Source: Gammaproteobacteria bacterium (GTDB lineage Bacteria > Pseudomonadota > Gammaproteobacteria > JBCCGL01). Taken from it: a DNA stretch of 64,000 nt. Below, one piece after another: positions 32,316 to 43,097 of the stretch. The notes under the pieces were generated by a model that saw nothing but the letters and a program-made list of their open reading frames with translations, did not search any database and had not been told where the DNA came from. The stretch covers positions 2,752,001 through 2,816,000 of the forward strand of contig OZ255836.1 in the NCBI GenBank assembly GCA_965277715.1, written 5' to 3'. The number at the start of each line of letters is the position of its first letter. Positions within the stretch are counted from its first letter, which is position 1. Position numbers and translations under genes: made by a program.

Positions 32316-32763
32316 TTAATCAGATATTAAATGGGTATTTTAAAAAAAATTTTGCTGGTAAATGCAAGTGTTTTTTTGGATAATTTTATTTATTTTATGA
32401 ATTATAAAGTTTGCTATCGGTTTGTAAAAAAACAGTACAAATATTATAAAAAATACTATTTGTAGCTCATGGCGGCTCTTGTCAGGTGTTATTCATTGCG
32501 TTATTAGCTTCCTGGCAGGATTCTAGTGGTACACCCATGCCTCCGATAGTGGTTACAACCTTGATTGGGAACATTGACTCGTTCTATATTTTTCAACTAT
32601 ATCTATTCCTATGCATAGCAATTGGTGTCAGGTAAATTTTCCCTGATATTGGATGTTATCCGGTAAATCAGGCAGATTTTCCTTGATAAGTGACAATTTA
32701 CCGGGGTATCAGGCAAGCTGAAACTATAGAACTTACCCATACATATAGGAGGCTCAGAAAAGT

Positions 32764-32889
32764 ATGTCAACTCCAACAAAGGAAAAAAAACTGCTTACAG
32801 AAGTGCGTAGCCTCATAAGACGCCTTCATTATTCTATTTATACCGAGCGCGCTTACTGTGGCTGCGACCACGCAAAACCAGGCATTTAA
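32764..32889 (+). pseudogene. intI: Integron integrase N-terminal remnant
   Basis: MSTPTKEKKLLTEVRSLIRRLHYSIYTERAYC resembles the IntI N-terminal KLL..VR..IR..HYS..TE.AY pattern; AGGAGG RBS; truncated. Confidence 0.7.
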
Positions 32890-32961
32890 CGCCTTAGTTT
32901 TTTATATACCCGTGTATTAAATGCCCATTGGGTAAGTGAAAGAATGAAAGGGGTCAGGCCA

Positions 32962-34527
32962 GAATGGCACTTCCTTAAGCTGTAAGTATTTGAAGTAATT
33001 ACAAAAAAAGCTGGTTCTATGGTAGGTTATTTGTTGCCAACACAAATACCCTTTATCCCACAGGAACCAGCTATCATGCAGAGTAATGTAAAAGTCAACA
33101 TTCTTCAACGTCGCATCAAAAGCCGAGCTCAATCCTCGGATGCATTGAGTTTTTATCACTTGCTGACATCCTCTCAGTTACTTACGAAACTGGAAGAATT
33201 ACAACCGGATTTTCGAGCGCGTCGCTATCCTCCTCTAGACACCTTATCGCTGTTTTTATACCAAACAATGAGTGCAGATCAGTCCTGCCAACAAGCTGTC
33301 AACACACTCGCTGTACAGCGATTAAGTGAAGGTTTATCAGTGAGTAATACGTATACAGGGAGTTATTGTAAAGCGCGACAAAGGCTGCCAACCCCCCTCG
33401 TCTCAGGGCTTGCCCGTTGTACAGGCGAGTGTGTGGCGAATGAAGCGGCCAGTCACTGGCACTGGCAAGGGCGTTCAGTTAAATTGGTTGACGGCACCAC
33501 TGTGACAATGCCCGATACGCCTGAAAATCAGGTAGTTTATCCGCAACAGTCAGGCCAGCAAGTGGGGATCGGTTTTCCTCTTTGTCGCTGGGTAGGAATT
33601 ATTTGTTTAGCCAGTGGTGGTGTTCTCGATGCGGCAATGGGTCCTTTTAAAGGTAAGGGAGCGGATGAGCAAACGTTATTGAGAAAAATACAAAATGCGC
33701 TTAAACCGGGTGATATTGTGGTGGGTGATGCTTATTTTGCGGGTTATTTTTTTCTAGCAAACCTTATAGAGCAAGGAGTAGACGGTGTATTTGAGCCGCA
33801 TGGTGCGCGGCGTAAATCCACAGATTTTCGAGAAGGCAAAAGGCTTGGATCGAAGGATCACCTGATTTGTTATACAAAGCCCAAGAAGAGACCAGAGTGG
33901 ATGAGCGAAGAAGCCTATGAAGCGGCTGCTGATGAAGTGGTTATACGTGAACTGAAAGTGGGTAAAAAACTGTTGGTGACAACGTTGTTATCAGTTAAAT
34001 CGGCGTCTAAAGAGGCGCTTAAACAGCTCTACAAAGAACGCTGGCATGTCGAACTTGATTTACGCCATATAAAAACGACAATGAAGATGCACACTTTCCG
34101 TTGTAAGACGCCAGAAATGGTTGAGAAGGAAATGTGGGTACACATATTAGCTTACAACCTTATTCGCTTATTAATGGCGCAATCTGCCTTACTAGTGGAC
34201 ATACTGCCTCGACAGATAAGTTTTAAGCATACGTTACAAATTTGGGTAGCGTATCGTTATCAGAAAGGCGGTAGCCCTCTGGGTAGTGATAAGGTGTTGG
34301 CGCTATGTGCGTTGATTGCAGAAAACTGTGTGGGTAATCGACCGGGGCGTATTGAACCAAGAGTGGTTAAACGAAGACCCAAACCGTATCCTTTATTGAT
34401 GCAGCCAAGGGACGTGGCCAGAGGTGTTGTTAAAAAATATGGCCATCCCAAAAAACAGAAATAGATCATTTACAATGAAAGTACCTCCATATTTTTCATG
34501 TACTTAGAGCTTAAGGAAGTGCCATTC
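32962..34527 (+). mobile_element. IS4-family element B copy 2 (1566 bp; transposase 33019..34464)
   Basis: Near-identical to 26340..27905, inverted. Confidence 0.9.
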
Positions 34528-34633
34528 TGCATTGACCCCTTTTATGTTAATAACTATAAGCTATTGATTCTATTTCACTTTATTCCTTAGCCTGACGGCT
34601 ATGCCGCACACCCCTTATACTTTTGATTCCGAG

Positions 34634-34876
34634 CTATTTTTTCGTCTTCGTCGATAATGACCATAAAAAGTAGATTGATAAAAGGATGCCAACCAATTTA
34701 AAAGCGAATACGATAAAAAACCAAATTGGTCGATCATCAAACCATAATTTATTATTCGTCCTTAGATCATGTATCTCCCCAACTGACATACCTAACCAGA
34801 GATCATAGCCGAGCCAAGGAATTAGAAACAAGCAAATGCCTACATATAATATTTGAGATGATTTGATTTTCATCAT
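34634..34876 (-). CDS. Small 2-TM protein, probable Rhs immunity protein
   Basis: Directly downstream of the Rhs C-terminus; two hydrophobic helices. Confidence 0.55.
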   Translation of the reverse strand: MMKIKSSQILYVGICLFLIPWLGYDLWLGMSVGEIHDLRTNNKLWFDDRPIWFFIVFAFKLVGILLSIYFLWSLSTKTKK

Positions 34877-34887
34877 AATTGATATTA

Positions 34888-36673
34888 TCAGTTAGAAGTA
34901 GAGTTTCTCTCTCCCGCTAACGATATAAAAGAGTCAACGCCAGAACCTCCTGTCAAGGTTAAAATAGCATCAGATATACTGGGTCTATATGACCCGGCTT
35001 CTGCGATTTTTTTAGCTCTCGTTCTCCTGGCTGTTATACTATTTGCTCTCCATTTTTTTGCTCTGTTGACCCCTTTATAAACCGCCAACCCAGCACGGCC
35101 TGCATTAGCCAAACCAAATATTGTGCCTACAGTATTACCATAGCCATAGGCATCAGAGTTGGTATTGACACTACAAATACCTCTAGATTCTCTATAATGC
35201 TTAGTCAAATTGAAAGAGAGAGAATCACCAAACCCTGCGACACTATCCACAGTCCCTTGAGATGGACTCCAGCCACCAGTTGCACTATAAACCCCTCCCC
35301 AAACATCATCCATGCCAAACAAGCCATACGGGTCATAGAACCCAACCGGATTCCCCCCAACATAGGAATAGACATTTAATCCCCCATTCAACCCAATCGG
35401 GTCACTCTGGGTATACAGTCCCGTGGTCGGATCATAAGTTCTGAAGTAGTTATAGTGTAAATTGGTTTCACTATCAAAATACTGCCCAGCAAACCGCAAA
35501 TTCACAACAACATCTTTACCGTTGCCATCTGGATCACTTTTACTCAGCGTATCACCAAATGCTTCACCCTCCCAACGCCATACAATATTCCCACCTGAAT
35601 CCGTCGCAAAACGGGGCGTCATCAGGTGATCGGTGTGAAGATAGTAGATTGTATCGCTATCTGCAATAGCATCATATTCAATTTGTGCTATAGGCGCATA
35701 ATCCAGCCAGATATAATCCTTTATAGGTTCTCCTCGCTCATTCGTTTCACTTATCAGCATTCCCTGAAAATCATAATGGTAGACGGTGGTGCTAATAGTA
35801 TTATCCGTATTAACCAACACTTTACGCGTGCGCTGCCCCATCGCGTTATGGATGTAGGTCGCCTTTAGTGCGCCTTCGATAAATAACTGATCCCAACGAT
35901 TCGCGTCGTTATAGGTTCTCGTTTGACTAGGCTGTACAGGCACAACCGCGTTGTTACCCCGGAAACGTTTTTCGACAAAATTAAGCCGGTTACTGTCAGG
36001 CGAGTAGTCGTAACGGGTCATTTCCAAGGCATTTCTAACACGGCTCGTTCGGTTACCATTTAAGTCGTATCCATATGAGTCTGAAGTGCCACCTTTGATT
36101 GTGTCATCTATTAGCCTATCTAAGGCGTCATACTGATAACCACTGTCTTGAGGTGTTGTAGTGCGACTGAGGATATTGCCATTGGCATCGTAACTATAGT
36201 TGCGTGAGTCGATAGCACCTGTGTTCTGGCTTACCAAACGCCCCTGTAGATCGTAACTACGGCTCTCTTGTAAACCATTACCTATAGTACAACTCAATAA
36301 ACGATTATCACCCCGGTAGGTAATACCGTTAGCTACTGTGTGATCCGAACCATTTATCTCCGCACCTATCGACTCTACTCTGCGCACTCCATCCCTATTA
36401 ATTGTTATCGCTCGACCACTGGGGTAAGTCATGCCAATTAAGTTATCACCGTTATCGTAACGGTAGCGCGTAACATATTCCTGACTTAATTCTACCTTAG
36501 TCATACTGACAACATTGCCATGCGCATCGTAAGCGTAACTGTAGGTGCCACTTTCATCTTCAACACCGCAAAGCCTTCCCGTGCCATAAGGACAATTGTC
36601 ATAAGTGTATGTCACATTCTCAGAACTATCCGGGAACGTTTTCGACACCAATCGCTCAAACTCATCATAGATA
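34888..36673 (-). pseudogene. 5'-truncated Rhs/YD-repeat toxin with C-terminal tip
   Basis: YD repeats, YLHTDHLMTPR, RFAGQYFD.ET.LHYNYFR.YDP..G...Q.DPIGL.GG.N.Y.YV..NP....DPYGL; cut by an IS4 fragment. Confidence 0.85.
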
Positions 36674-36866
36674 TAATCGACCGGGGCGTATTGAACCAAG
36701 AGTGGTTAAACGAAGACCCAAACCGTATCCTTTATTGATGCGGCCAAGGGACGTGGCCAGAGGTGTTGTTAAAAAATATGGCCATCCCAAAAAACAGAAA
36801 TAGGTCATTTACAATGAAAGTACTTCCATATTTTTCATGTACTTAGAGCTTAAGGAAGTGCCATTC
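36674..36866 (+). mobile_element. IS4-B right-end fragment
   Basis: Matches the 3' end of copy 2 including the IR; followed by GGGTCAGGCAA. Confidence 0.85.
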
Positions 36867-36908
36867 GGGTCAGGCAAGTTATTTACTTTATGAAAGGGGT
36901 CAGGCAAG

Positions 36909-37877
36909 TTATTTACTATTTAACTGATTTTCAATTTGATGCATCACCTCTTTAAGTTCCCCCTTGTCCAGCTCTTTCTTGACGTGAGCTATTGCACTCG
37001 ACACACCACCAGGGTGACTTAACCCAAAATGTTGAGTAATCGCCTTTAACGACATATCACCAAACCGCTGGCAGTAGTACATGGCCAATTTGCGGGGAAT
37101 GTTCGCGCTACCTCCCTTACCTTGACTATCCGAAATACTGCCTTCACTCACTCGGCAACAATTTGCCACCGTTTTTACTATCACACTGCTGGCTACCTTT
37201 TCCCGCAATTGGGGCCGCACATCAACGCCACTCTGGCTTTCTTTGTACTCGACCAACTGTGAGCGGAACACCTTGTCACCTAACACCGTCGATAGGTTAT
37301 TTTTGCCGTAAAAGCGCTGTATATCCTCATCAACCCCTTGGTCTACATAGTCTGTGTAACGTTGACAGTCGTTTTTCACCGGTAAACAGGCATAAACACG
37401 ATCACGACACAACCAAGCAGGGCTCAATGCTTTTCCTATGTAAGCCGGGTAACTAGACCAGGGATAGTTCTTTAGCGATTGAACCAGAGGTCGTTTAGTC
37501 TCAATGGGGTTTCTATGTATATAGCGAGACAGGGGTAATAGATACGCATCTTCATCGACATTGATGGCTTTAAATCGCCCTCTAAACTGAGGACCATCCG
37601 TTTTTTTAAGGCGGTTATAACGCTGTGTATAGACACCATCGATATGCTGCATAATGCGACTGAGGTTGGCATCAGGTGTTTCCAGCAGTAGGTGATAGTG
37701 GTTGCCCATTAGGCAATAAGCGTGAATCACGGCGTGAAAACGCTCTGCGGCTTCGGTCAATGTGGCGAGAAACGCTTGGTAGTAAGCTTCGCTATGAAAA
37801 ACTGTCTTACGCTCCCGACCACGGTTCATTATATGGTAGAAGGCGTTTTCATATTCTATGCGGTGAGGTCTTGGCAT
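36909..37877 (-). CDS. Y1 HUH transposase family A copy 2 (element 36896..37922)
   Basis: Nearly identical to 20177..21145; bounded by GGGGTCAGGC / GCCTGACCCC. Confidence 0.85.
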   Translation of the reverse strand: MPRPHRIEYENAFYHIMNRGRERKTVFHSEAYYQAFLATLTEAAERFHAVIHAYCLMGNHYHLLLETPDANLSRIMQHIDGVYTQRYNRLKKTDGPQFRGRFKAINVDEDAYLLPLSRYIHRNPIETKRPLVQSLKNYPWSSYPAYIGKALSPAWLCRDRVYACLPVKNDCQRYTDYVDQGVDEDIQRFYGKNNLSTVLGDKVFRSQLVEYKESQSGVDVRPQLREKVASSVIVKTVANCCRVSEGSISDSQGKGGSANIPRKLAMYYCQRFGDMSLKAITQHFGLSHPGGVSSAIAHVKKELDKGELKEVMHQIENQLNSK

Positions 37878-38103
37878 GGGGTGATATTGACATAATCTAT
37901 GATAAATAACTAGCCTGACCCCTTTTGCTCTTTGATAAATAACTAGCCTGACCCCTTTTGCTCTTTTGTCTCCTTTTGTTTCGAATGCTCCACAATAAGG
38001 CCTGTGACATCATGGAGGAGTTGGATCACTTCTTGCCGTTGTGGGAGGTGCAACAGACGACAATAGGGAAAGCAGCTAAGGAAAATTAACAGCAAAAAAC
38101 AAC

Positions 38104-38153
38104 ATCCATACAACAAAGCCCCGGTTACTTAGCCGGGGCTTTGTTGTATGGAT
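38104..38153. terminator. Long perfect hairpin after the toxin-immunity pair
   Basis: ATCCATACAACAAAGCCCCGG...CCGGGGCTTTGTTGTATGGAT, 21-bp stem. Confidence 0.75.
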
Positions 38154-38162
38154 TGGGTTAGT

Positions 38163-38672
38163 TCAAGGATTACTTAATGAAACTGTATACACATCATATT
38201 TATTATTTATAAGTACATCTAGTAACTGACGCTCTTTTTTACCATTCACTAACCGAAACATCTCAAGCTTCAATGTTGCACGCCAAAAAGATTGGCTTTC
38301 CCTCATATTAACGTCTAAACCGATAATGCCCCAGGCTATAGCTGAGCCTATATGGTAACTATGCTGTTCTGGATGAAGATCCCAATTCGACAAAGTTACG
38401 TACAGGTTCTTTATTGGACACCAATCTTCTAATGCTGCACTTGTAATATCCTTTACCTCAGCAGTCCATGAGCAGTCATCAAACTGGTCGGGTAATTCAA
38501 CTAGCCGTAGTTTACCTGGAAATGCCCTTGGATCATTCCTTTCCAATAGAAGAGAGAAATTGTTTAGAACAAAATTTAGCCCTCTATCATTTACCAGACT
38601 AACACTGGAACCCCCGCCATAGGCCACAGGCTGGAATAACAAAAACAACAGAATGATAAGGCGAATTTTCAT
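38163..38672 (-). CDS. Exported protein, probable periplasmic immunity protein
   Basis: Signal peptide; start overlaps the stop of the upstream toxin tip. Confidence 0.55.
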   Translation of the reverse strand: MKIRLIILLFLLFQPVAYGGGSSVSLVNDRGLNFVLNNFSLLLERNDPRAFPGKLRLVELPDQFDDCSWTAEVKDITSAALEDWCPIKNLYVTLSNWDLHPEQHSYHIGSAIAWGIIGLDVNMRESQSFWRATLKLEMFRLVNGKKERQLLDVLINNKYDVYTVSLSNP

Positions 38673-39683
38673 TAGAATTGAGCCGATATATGGAGATGAT
38701 TCCTGTGCAAGTTAACAATAGTTGCACTGTTAGCTCGATTGATAACATTGCCTGGACCCAATGTTTTTAGGTTAAAAGCAGGGCCATAATTTTCCCGTAT
38801 ATTAGCATGCGCCTGAAAGGCATTCTGGAGCGTCGTCACGTTAGATAAGTTCGACGCATTATCTACGCGCAATGAGTTAACTCGATTGATGTCTACAGCG
38901 TTTGCAAAACAATGAGCGCTATTGCTGCATGGCCCTCGAACGGTGCTATTTATATTGATTTTTAGCCCTGTGCTTCTAACGTTATCTTCAACCATAACTG
39001 CCAGCTCATCCCTTACAGCCAAATCAGTTGAAGCTCCATTCGGATCATCGTTAATGAAGGTTATGTCTGCGACACCATCACCATCAATATCTGAAGCTAT
39101 TCGACGATACCCGCCACCCGAGCTATTGCTGCCAGTTACAGGAGCACCTCCTTTTTCTGATGCTCCAGCTTGACTAAATAAATAACTAAAGGCCGCAGTA
39201 ACCGCCCCATTTGCAAACTTCCCCCCACCAAGCTTAGATGCTGTCCCCCCAATCACCGCAGCAGTAACCTTCCGATGAATTTTATAATTAGCGGACTTCC
39301 CCCAAATATCAAAATTCAACGGCTTTGCCCCTGCAGCAAAGGCCGACGAAACAAATCCGTAACCAAACTTTCCGCCTTGCGCAACCGCCAAAGTACCACC
39401 AACCACACCATTAGCAGCCACATTCAAGGCATGCTGACCTGTACCAGCATTAATGTCAAAGGTTGAACCAACCCAACTACTGGCTCGTTGGCCAAGATAA
39501 TACGTTATCCCCGCTACAGCGGCACCTCTAGCGGCTTCCGAGGGCGAAGCCCCATACGCTCTGGCTATGTCGTATTGCGCCGCCGCATAACACAGCGCCG
39601 CATAGGGGCCACAAAATGCTGAGCCAATTGTCGCCGCGAGATTGGCAATTTTTGGACCTACAGCCCGAATAACGGCTCTTGTA
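38672..39683 (-). pseudogene. Orphan polymorphic-toxin C-terminus with LAS/M15-like metallopeptidase tip
   Basis: GGKF..G..AAF pre-toxin repeats; SAHCFANAVD (H-x6-D) and HLHIS (HxH); 5' end replaced by IS110 DNA. Confidence 0.6.
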
Positions 39684-40196
39684 CTCGTCAATATAGTTCG
39701 GGGGGCAAAACGCAACTCAAAGGTATCAGTAAACGCGGGGACGAACACGTGCGCACTTTGTTGATACAGGGGGCGCAAGCGGCATTAAGTCGAATGCCTA
39801 AACACGATGATGGGCTAAGTCGTTGGGCCTGTCGTGTCAAAGCACGTCGGGGCCATTGTGTGGCGGCGGTGGCATTGGCCAATAAGCTCGCCAGAATTAG
39901 CTGGGCGGTAGCGGCTAATAATACAACTTACGTGCATAAAACAGCTTAATAACGTCGTTGAAGATTTCTTACCACGAGGTAGCGAAAGAGCAGTAAAGGG
40001 TATAACAGGTTAAACCGGCTCAGACAGAACCTGGAGGGGTCATGGTCTTCACAGACCGATTGCTTGATGAGGTGTCTGAGCACGGTTCCCATTATGGCTC
40101 TGGGCGGATAAACAAATACAATCCGTCCTATTGAGAAGCCGGATATATGACTGCTAACCTTATTTACTGTGGCTGCTCTGAACGCTAAAAAATGAA
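39684..40196 (+). mobile_element. IS1111 3' fragment retaining the ncRNA (about 40014-40153)
   Basis: Near-identical to 28930-29443. Confidence 0.85.
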
Positions 40197-40446
40197 GGTA
40201 TTTTGCAAACACTCCGACAAAGCACTTCATCACTTGGTAGTGGGCAGAGTCCAGCACAAAAAAGACGGCAATATCTTGATTATTTATATGCAGCGATTGC
40301 GGATGATCGTGTGCTTCATCGACCTTTTAGATTTGAACCAAGAGTGGCAAAAAGGCGACCTAAACCACGGGCATTAATGACTCGACCACGGAACGTTTTA
40401 AAAACTGAATATTGGCAAGCTAAAGCGGCTTAACTTATTGCCATTG
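40195..40446 (+). mobile_element. IS4-A right-end fragment
   Basis: Matches 18964-19215; followed by TAATTAACCCCTTTT. Confidence 0.85.
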
Positions 40447-40464
40447 TAATTAACCCCTTTTCCT

Positions 40465-40848
40465 TTACCAGAGTACCTTAATGCCATAATCCTGAAAAAC
40501 AGAGTCCAGGGTAATCACCGTCAGTTTTTCCAGTTGAGATTGCGCCATCAGCATTCTGTCAAAAGGGTCGCGGTGTGGCCCCGGCAAACTACCTGCCCGT
40601 TGTGCATGTCTGACGTTGACTGTTAATTCGGAAAAGCGTGCTTTAGCGATATAACCGATGACGTCATTCGCTAGAATTTCTGCTTCCGGCAGTTTTCCCA
40701 GGCGATATTTGGTGGATATTTCCCAGGCAGTTGCCGCAGAAACATAAATGGCGTTGTCGGCATCACTAATGACTTTCCTGGCTTTTTTCGATAGTTTTGG
40801 GCTGTCGGCCAGATACCAGATAAAGGTGTGAGTATCCAGTAAGTACAC
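40465..40848 (-). CDS. vapC: VapC PIN-domain toxin
   Basis: LLDTH, WEI..K, HRDPFDR, TLD. Confidence 0.9.
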   Translation of the reverse strand: MYLLDTHTFIWYLADSPKLSKKARKVISDADNAIYVSAATAWEISTKYRLGKLPEAEILANDVIGYIAKARFSELTVNVRHAQRAGSLPGPHRDPFDRMLMAQSQLEKLTVITLDSVFQDYGIKVLW

Positions 40849-40854
40849 AGGCGG

Positions 40855-41079
40855 CTATTCCCAGCGCGCCAATTCACTTTCCGCCAAAGGATCAAAAAAT
40901 GCATCCGTCAATGCTATTTTGTTTTTCAGCAAACCAGGCGTTCTGGGTTCTTGAGAGACGATAGGCACTAGTCTGGCTACGGGCTTTCCCGCTTTGGCTA
41001 TAACACATTCTTCTCCATTAGCGACTTGCTCAAGCAAGCGGGAGAGATGGGTTTTTGCTTGATGGATATTTACTTGCAT
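40855..41079 (-). CDS. Phd/YefM-family antitoxin
   Basis: NIHQAKTHLSRLL..V..GE...I...GKPVARL. Confidence 0.9.
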   Translation of the reverse strand: MQVNIHQAKTHLSRLLEQVANGEECVIAKAGKPVARLVPIVSQEPRTPGLLKNKIALTDAFFDPLAESELARWE

Positions 41080-41301
41080 AACGTAAAAAGTTCCAGCTCA
41101 ATTGATAAATTAGTTCAATGTATGACTAAGTCTACTAAAGAAGTTCAAAGAGTCAAATTTCAACTCCCTAAATTAACCGGCCATTGATTGTGTTATCCCG
41201 CGACATCAGCAACCGCAGAGTAGCGCCTCGAAACCGTGGCCTCGCGTATTCGCCCTGCCATCCAGGTGGTTGCTTGACGCCCTACGGTAATAACCTAGCC
41301 A

Positions 41302-42804
41302 TTAAGCGCGTAAATAGTTATCAATAAACGCCTGCAAAGCCAGCTCAGCCCCCTTAGGTACATGCAAGCCTTTTTTACTGCGCCGCCACAGAATGTCATC
41401 CGCGCTGGATGCCCATTCGTGCTCGATCAGGTATTCCACTTCGCGTTGGTAGAGTGGCCCACCAAAATGCTGGCCCAGTTCCGCCATTGTGTTGGCATCG
41501 CCAATCAGTGTGTGTATTTGTGTGCCGTAGTTCCGCGCATAGTCGTGTAGCAGGGGCGGCGCGAGCCAGGGGTAGCGCTGGGCTGTGGTTCCGATAAAGC
41601 GGTCGAGGTCGGCGTTGGGGATGTCGCCCCCCGGTAGCGCTTGCGTCGCAGACCACTGGGGTGCATTGCGTTGCAGGGATGGCTGGATCATGTCGATCAC
41701 TTCTTCGGCAAGCTTGCGGAAGGTGGTGATTTTGCCGCCGAAGATAGAGAGGATCGGCGCGCCCTGGTCGGTATCGAGGTGCAGTTTGTAGTCGCGGGTG
41801 ACTTTTGAGGCGCTGCTGCTGGTGTCGTCGTACAGGGGGCGCACGCCGGTGTAATGCCAGATAACGTCATCCGCCGTGACCGGGGTGGCGAAGTAGTCGC
41901 TGACAGCGGCGCAGATGTAATCGATCTCTGTCTGTTCGATCTGTGCCGCGTCAGGGCTGCCGACGATTTCTATGTCGGTGGTGCCGAGCAGGGTGTAGTC
42001 GCTTTCATACGGAATGGCAAACAGTATGCGGTTGTCGCTGTTCTGGAAGATGTAGGTGTAGGGGTGCGCAAACAATTTGGGCACCACGATGTGGCTGCCC
42101 TTGACCAGGCGGACTTCATGCGCCGACCGGTTGTGGGCGTTGAGGTCGAGGGTGTGTTCCACCCACGGCCCGGAGGCGTTGATGATGGCGCGTGCGGTTT
42201 TTGTTAGCGTTGCACCGCTGCGCCTGTCGTGCATTTCCACGTCCCAGTGTGTGGCGTGGCGCACCAGGTTGGTGCACTGGGTGTGGGTGCGTATGTCGGC
42301 GCCGCGCTGCCTTGCGTCCATTGCGTTGAGCACTACAAGGCGGGCATCCTGCACCCAGCAGTCTGAGTATTCAAAGCCGTTGGTGTACTGGGGTTTCAGT
42401 GCGCTCCCCGCGATGTGTTTTTTCAGGTTGACGCGGTGCGAGGCGGGTAGTTGTTTTCTGCCACCGATATGATCGTATAGGAAAAGCCCCAGGCGGATAA
42501 GCCAGCGCGGGCGCAGTGCCGGGTGGTGCGGCAGGATAAACCGCAGGGGCCAGATGATGTGAGGCGCCGCGTTTAACAGCACTTCGCGCTCTTTAAGTGC
42601 ATGGCGCACCAGTTTAAAGTCGTAGTGTTCCAGGTAGCGCAGGCCGCCGTGGATTAGTTTGGTGCTTGCCGATGAGGTGTGCTGCGCCAGGTCGTCTTTT
42701 TCACACAACAGCACAGATAAGCCCCGGCCCGCCGCATCACGCGCCACGCCAGCGCCGTTGATGCCACCACCGATAACGATCAGGTCGACATCGGTTACAC
42801 CCAT
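41302..42804 (-). CDS. glpD: Aerobic glycerol-3-phosphate dehydrogenase
   Basis: GGGING.G.ARDAAGRGL, TSSASTKLIHGGLRYLE, GGKITT. Confidence 0.95.
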   Translation of the reverse strand: MGVTDVDLIVIGGGINGAGVARDAAGRGLSVLLCEKDDLAQHTSSASTKLIHGGLRYLEHYDFKLVRHALKEREVLLNAAPHIIWPLRFILPHHPALRPRWLIRLGLFLYDHIGGRKQLPASHRVNLKKHIAGSALKPQYTNGFEYSDCWVQDARLVVLNAMDARQRGADIRTHTQCTNLVRHATHWDVEMHDRRSGATLTKTARAIINASGPWVEHTLDLNAHNRSAHEVRLVKGSHIVVPKLFAHPYTYIFQNSDNRILFAIPYESDYTLLGTTDIEIVGSPDAAQIEQTEIDYICAAVSDYFATPVTADDVIWHYTGVRPLYDDTSSSASKVTRDYKLHLDTDQGAPILSIFGGKITTFRKLAEEVIDMIQPSLQRNAPQWSATQALPGGDIPNADLDRFIGTTAQRYPWLAPPLLHDYARNYGTQIHTLIGDANTMAELGQHFGGPLYQREVEYLIEHEWASSADDILWRRSKKGLHVPKGAELALQAFIDNYLRA

Positions 42805-43076
42805 CGAAATACCGCGACAGCGTAGATAATGGAAATAATGACAGCCCCCCACAAGGGTGTGCCCACCAGCCCCAGCCAGGCCAGGTGGATGAAGGCGCTA
42901 CCGAGCAATGAGATAAACAGGCGATCCCCCCGGGTGGTATCGAGCATGAGTATGCCGGTTCTGGGGCCGCCGCCCGGATCGAGGCGCTCCCATATACTCA
43001 TGCCGATCAACGCGGCGAGAATAAACAGAAAGAAGGCGGCTGTTGGCCAGGTCCAGGCCATCCAGGTAAGTGACAT
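42795..43076 (-). CDS. glpU: Small membrane protein of the glycerol ABC system (DUF2160-type)
   Basis: WMAWTWPTA..F...TTRGDRLFISLLGSA; operon position. Confidence 0.8.
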   Translation of the reverse strand: MSLTWMAWTWPTAAFFLFILAALIGMSIWERLDPGGGPRTGILMLDTTRGDRLFISLLGSAFIHLAWLGLVGTPLWGAVIISIIYAVAVFRWV

Positions 43077-43097
43077 GTGTATTTCCCGAACGGTTAT

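Noticed and set aside
32460-32760. attI or LexA box upstream of the intI remnant
   Set aside because: No AAC-N5-GTTA simple site or CTG-N10-CAG box found by eye
39684-39778. N-terminus of the 368-aa ORF (and MVQYAPV of the Rhs ORF)
   Set aside because: Start codons come from antisense IS DNA, so these are not native starts
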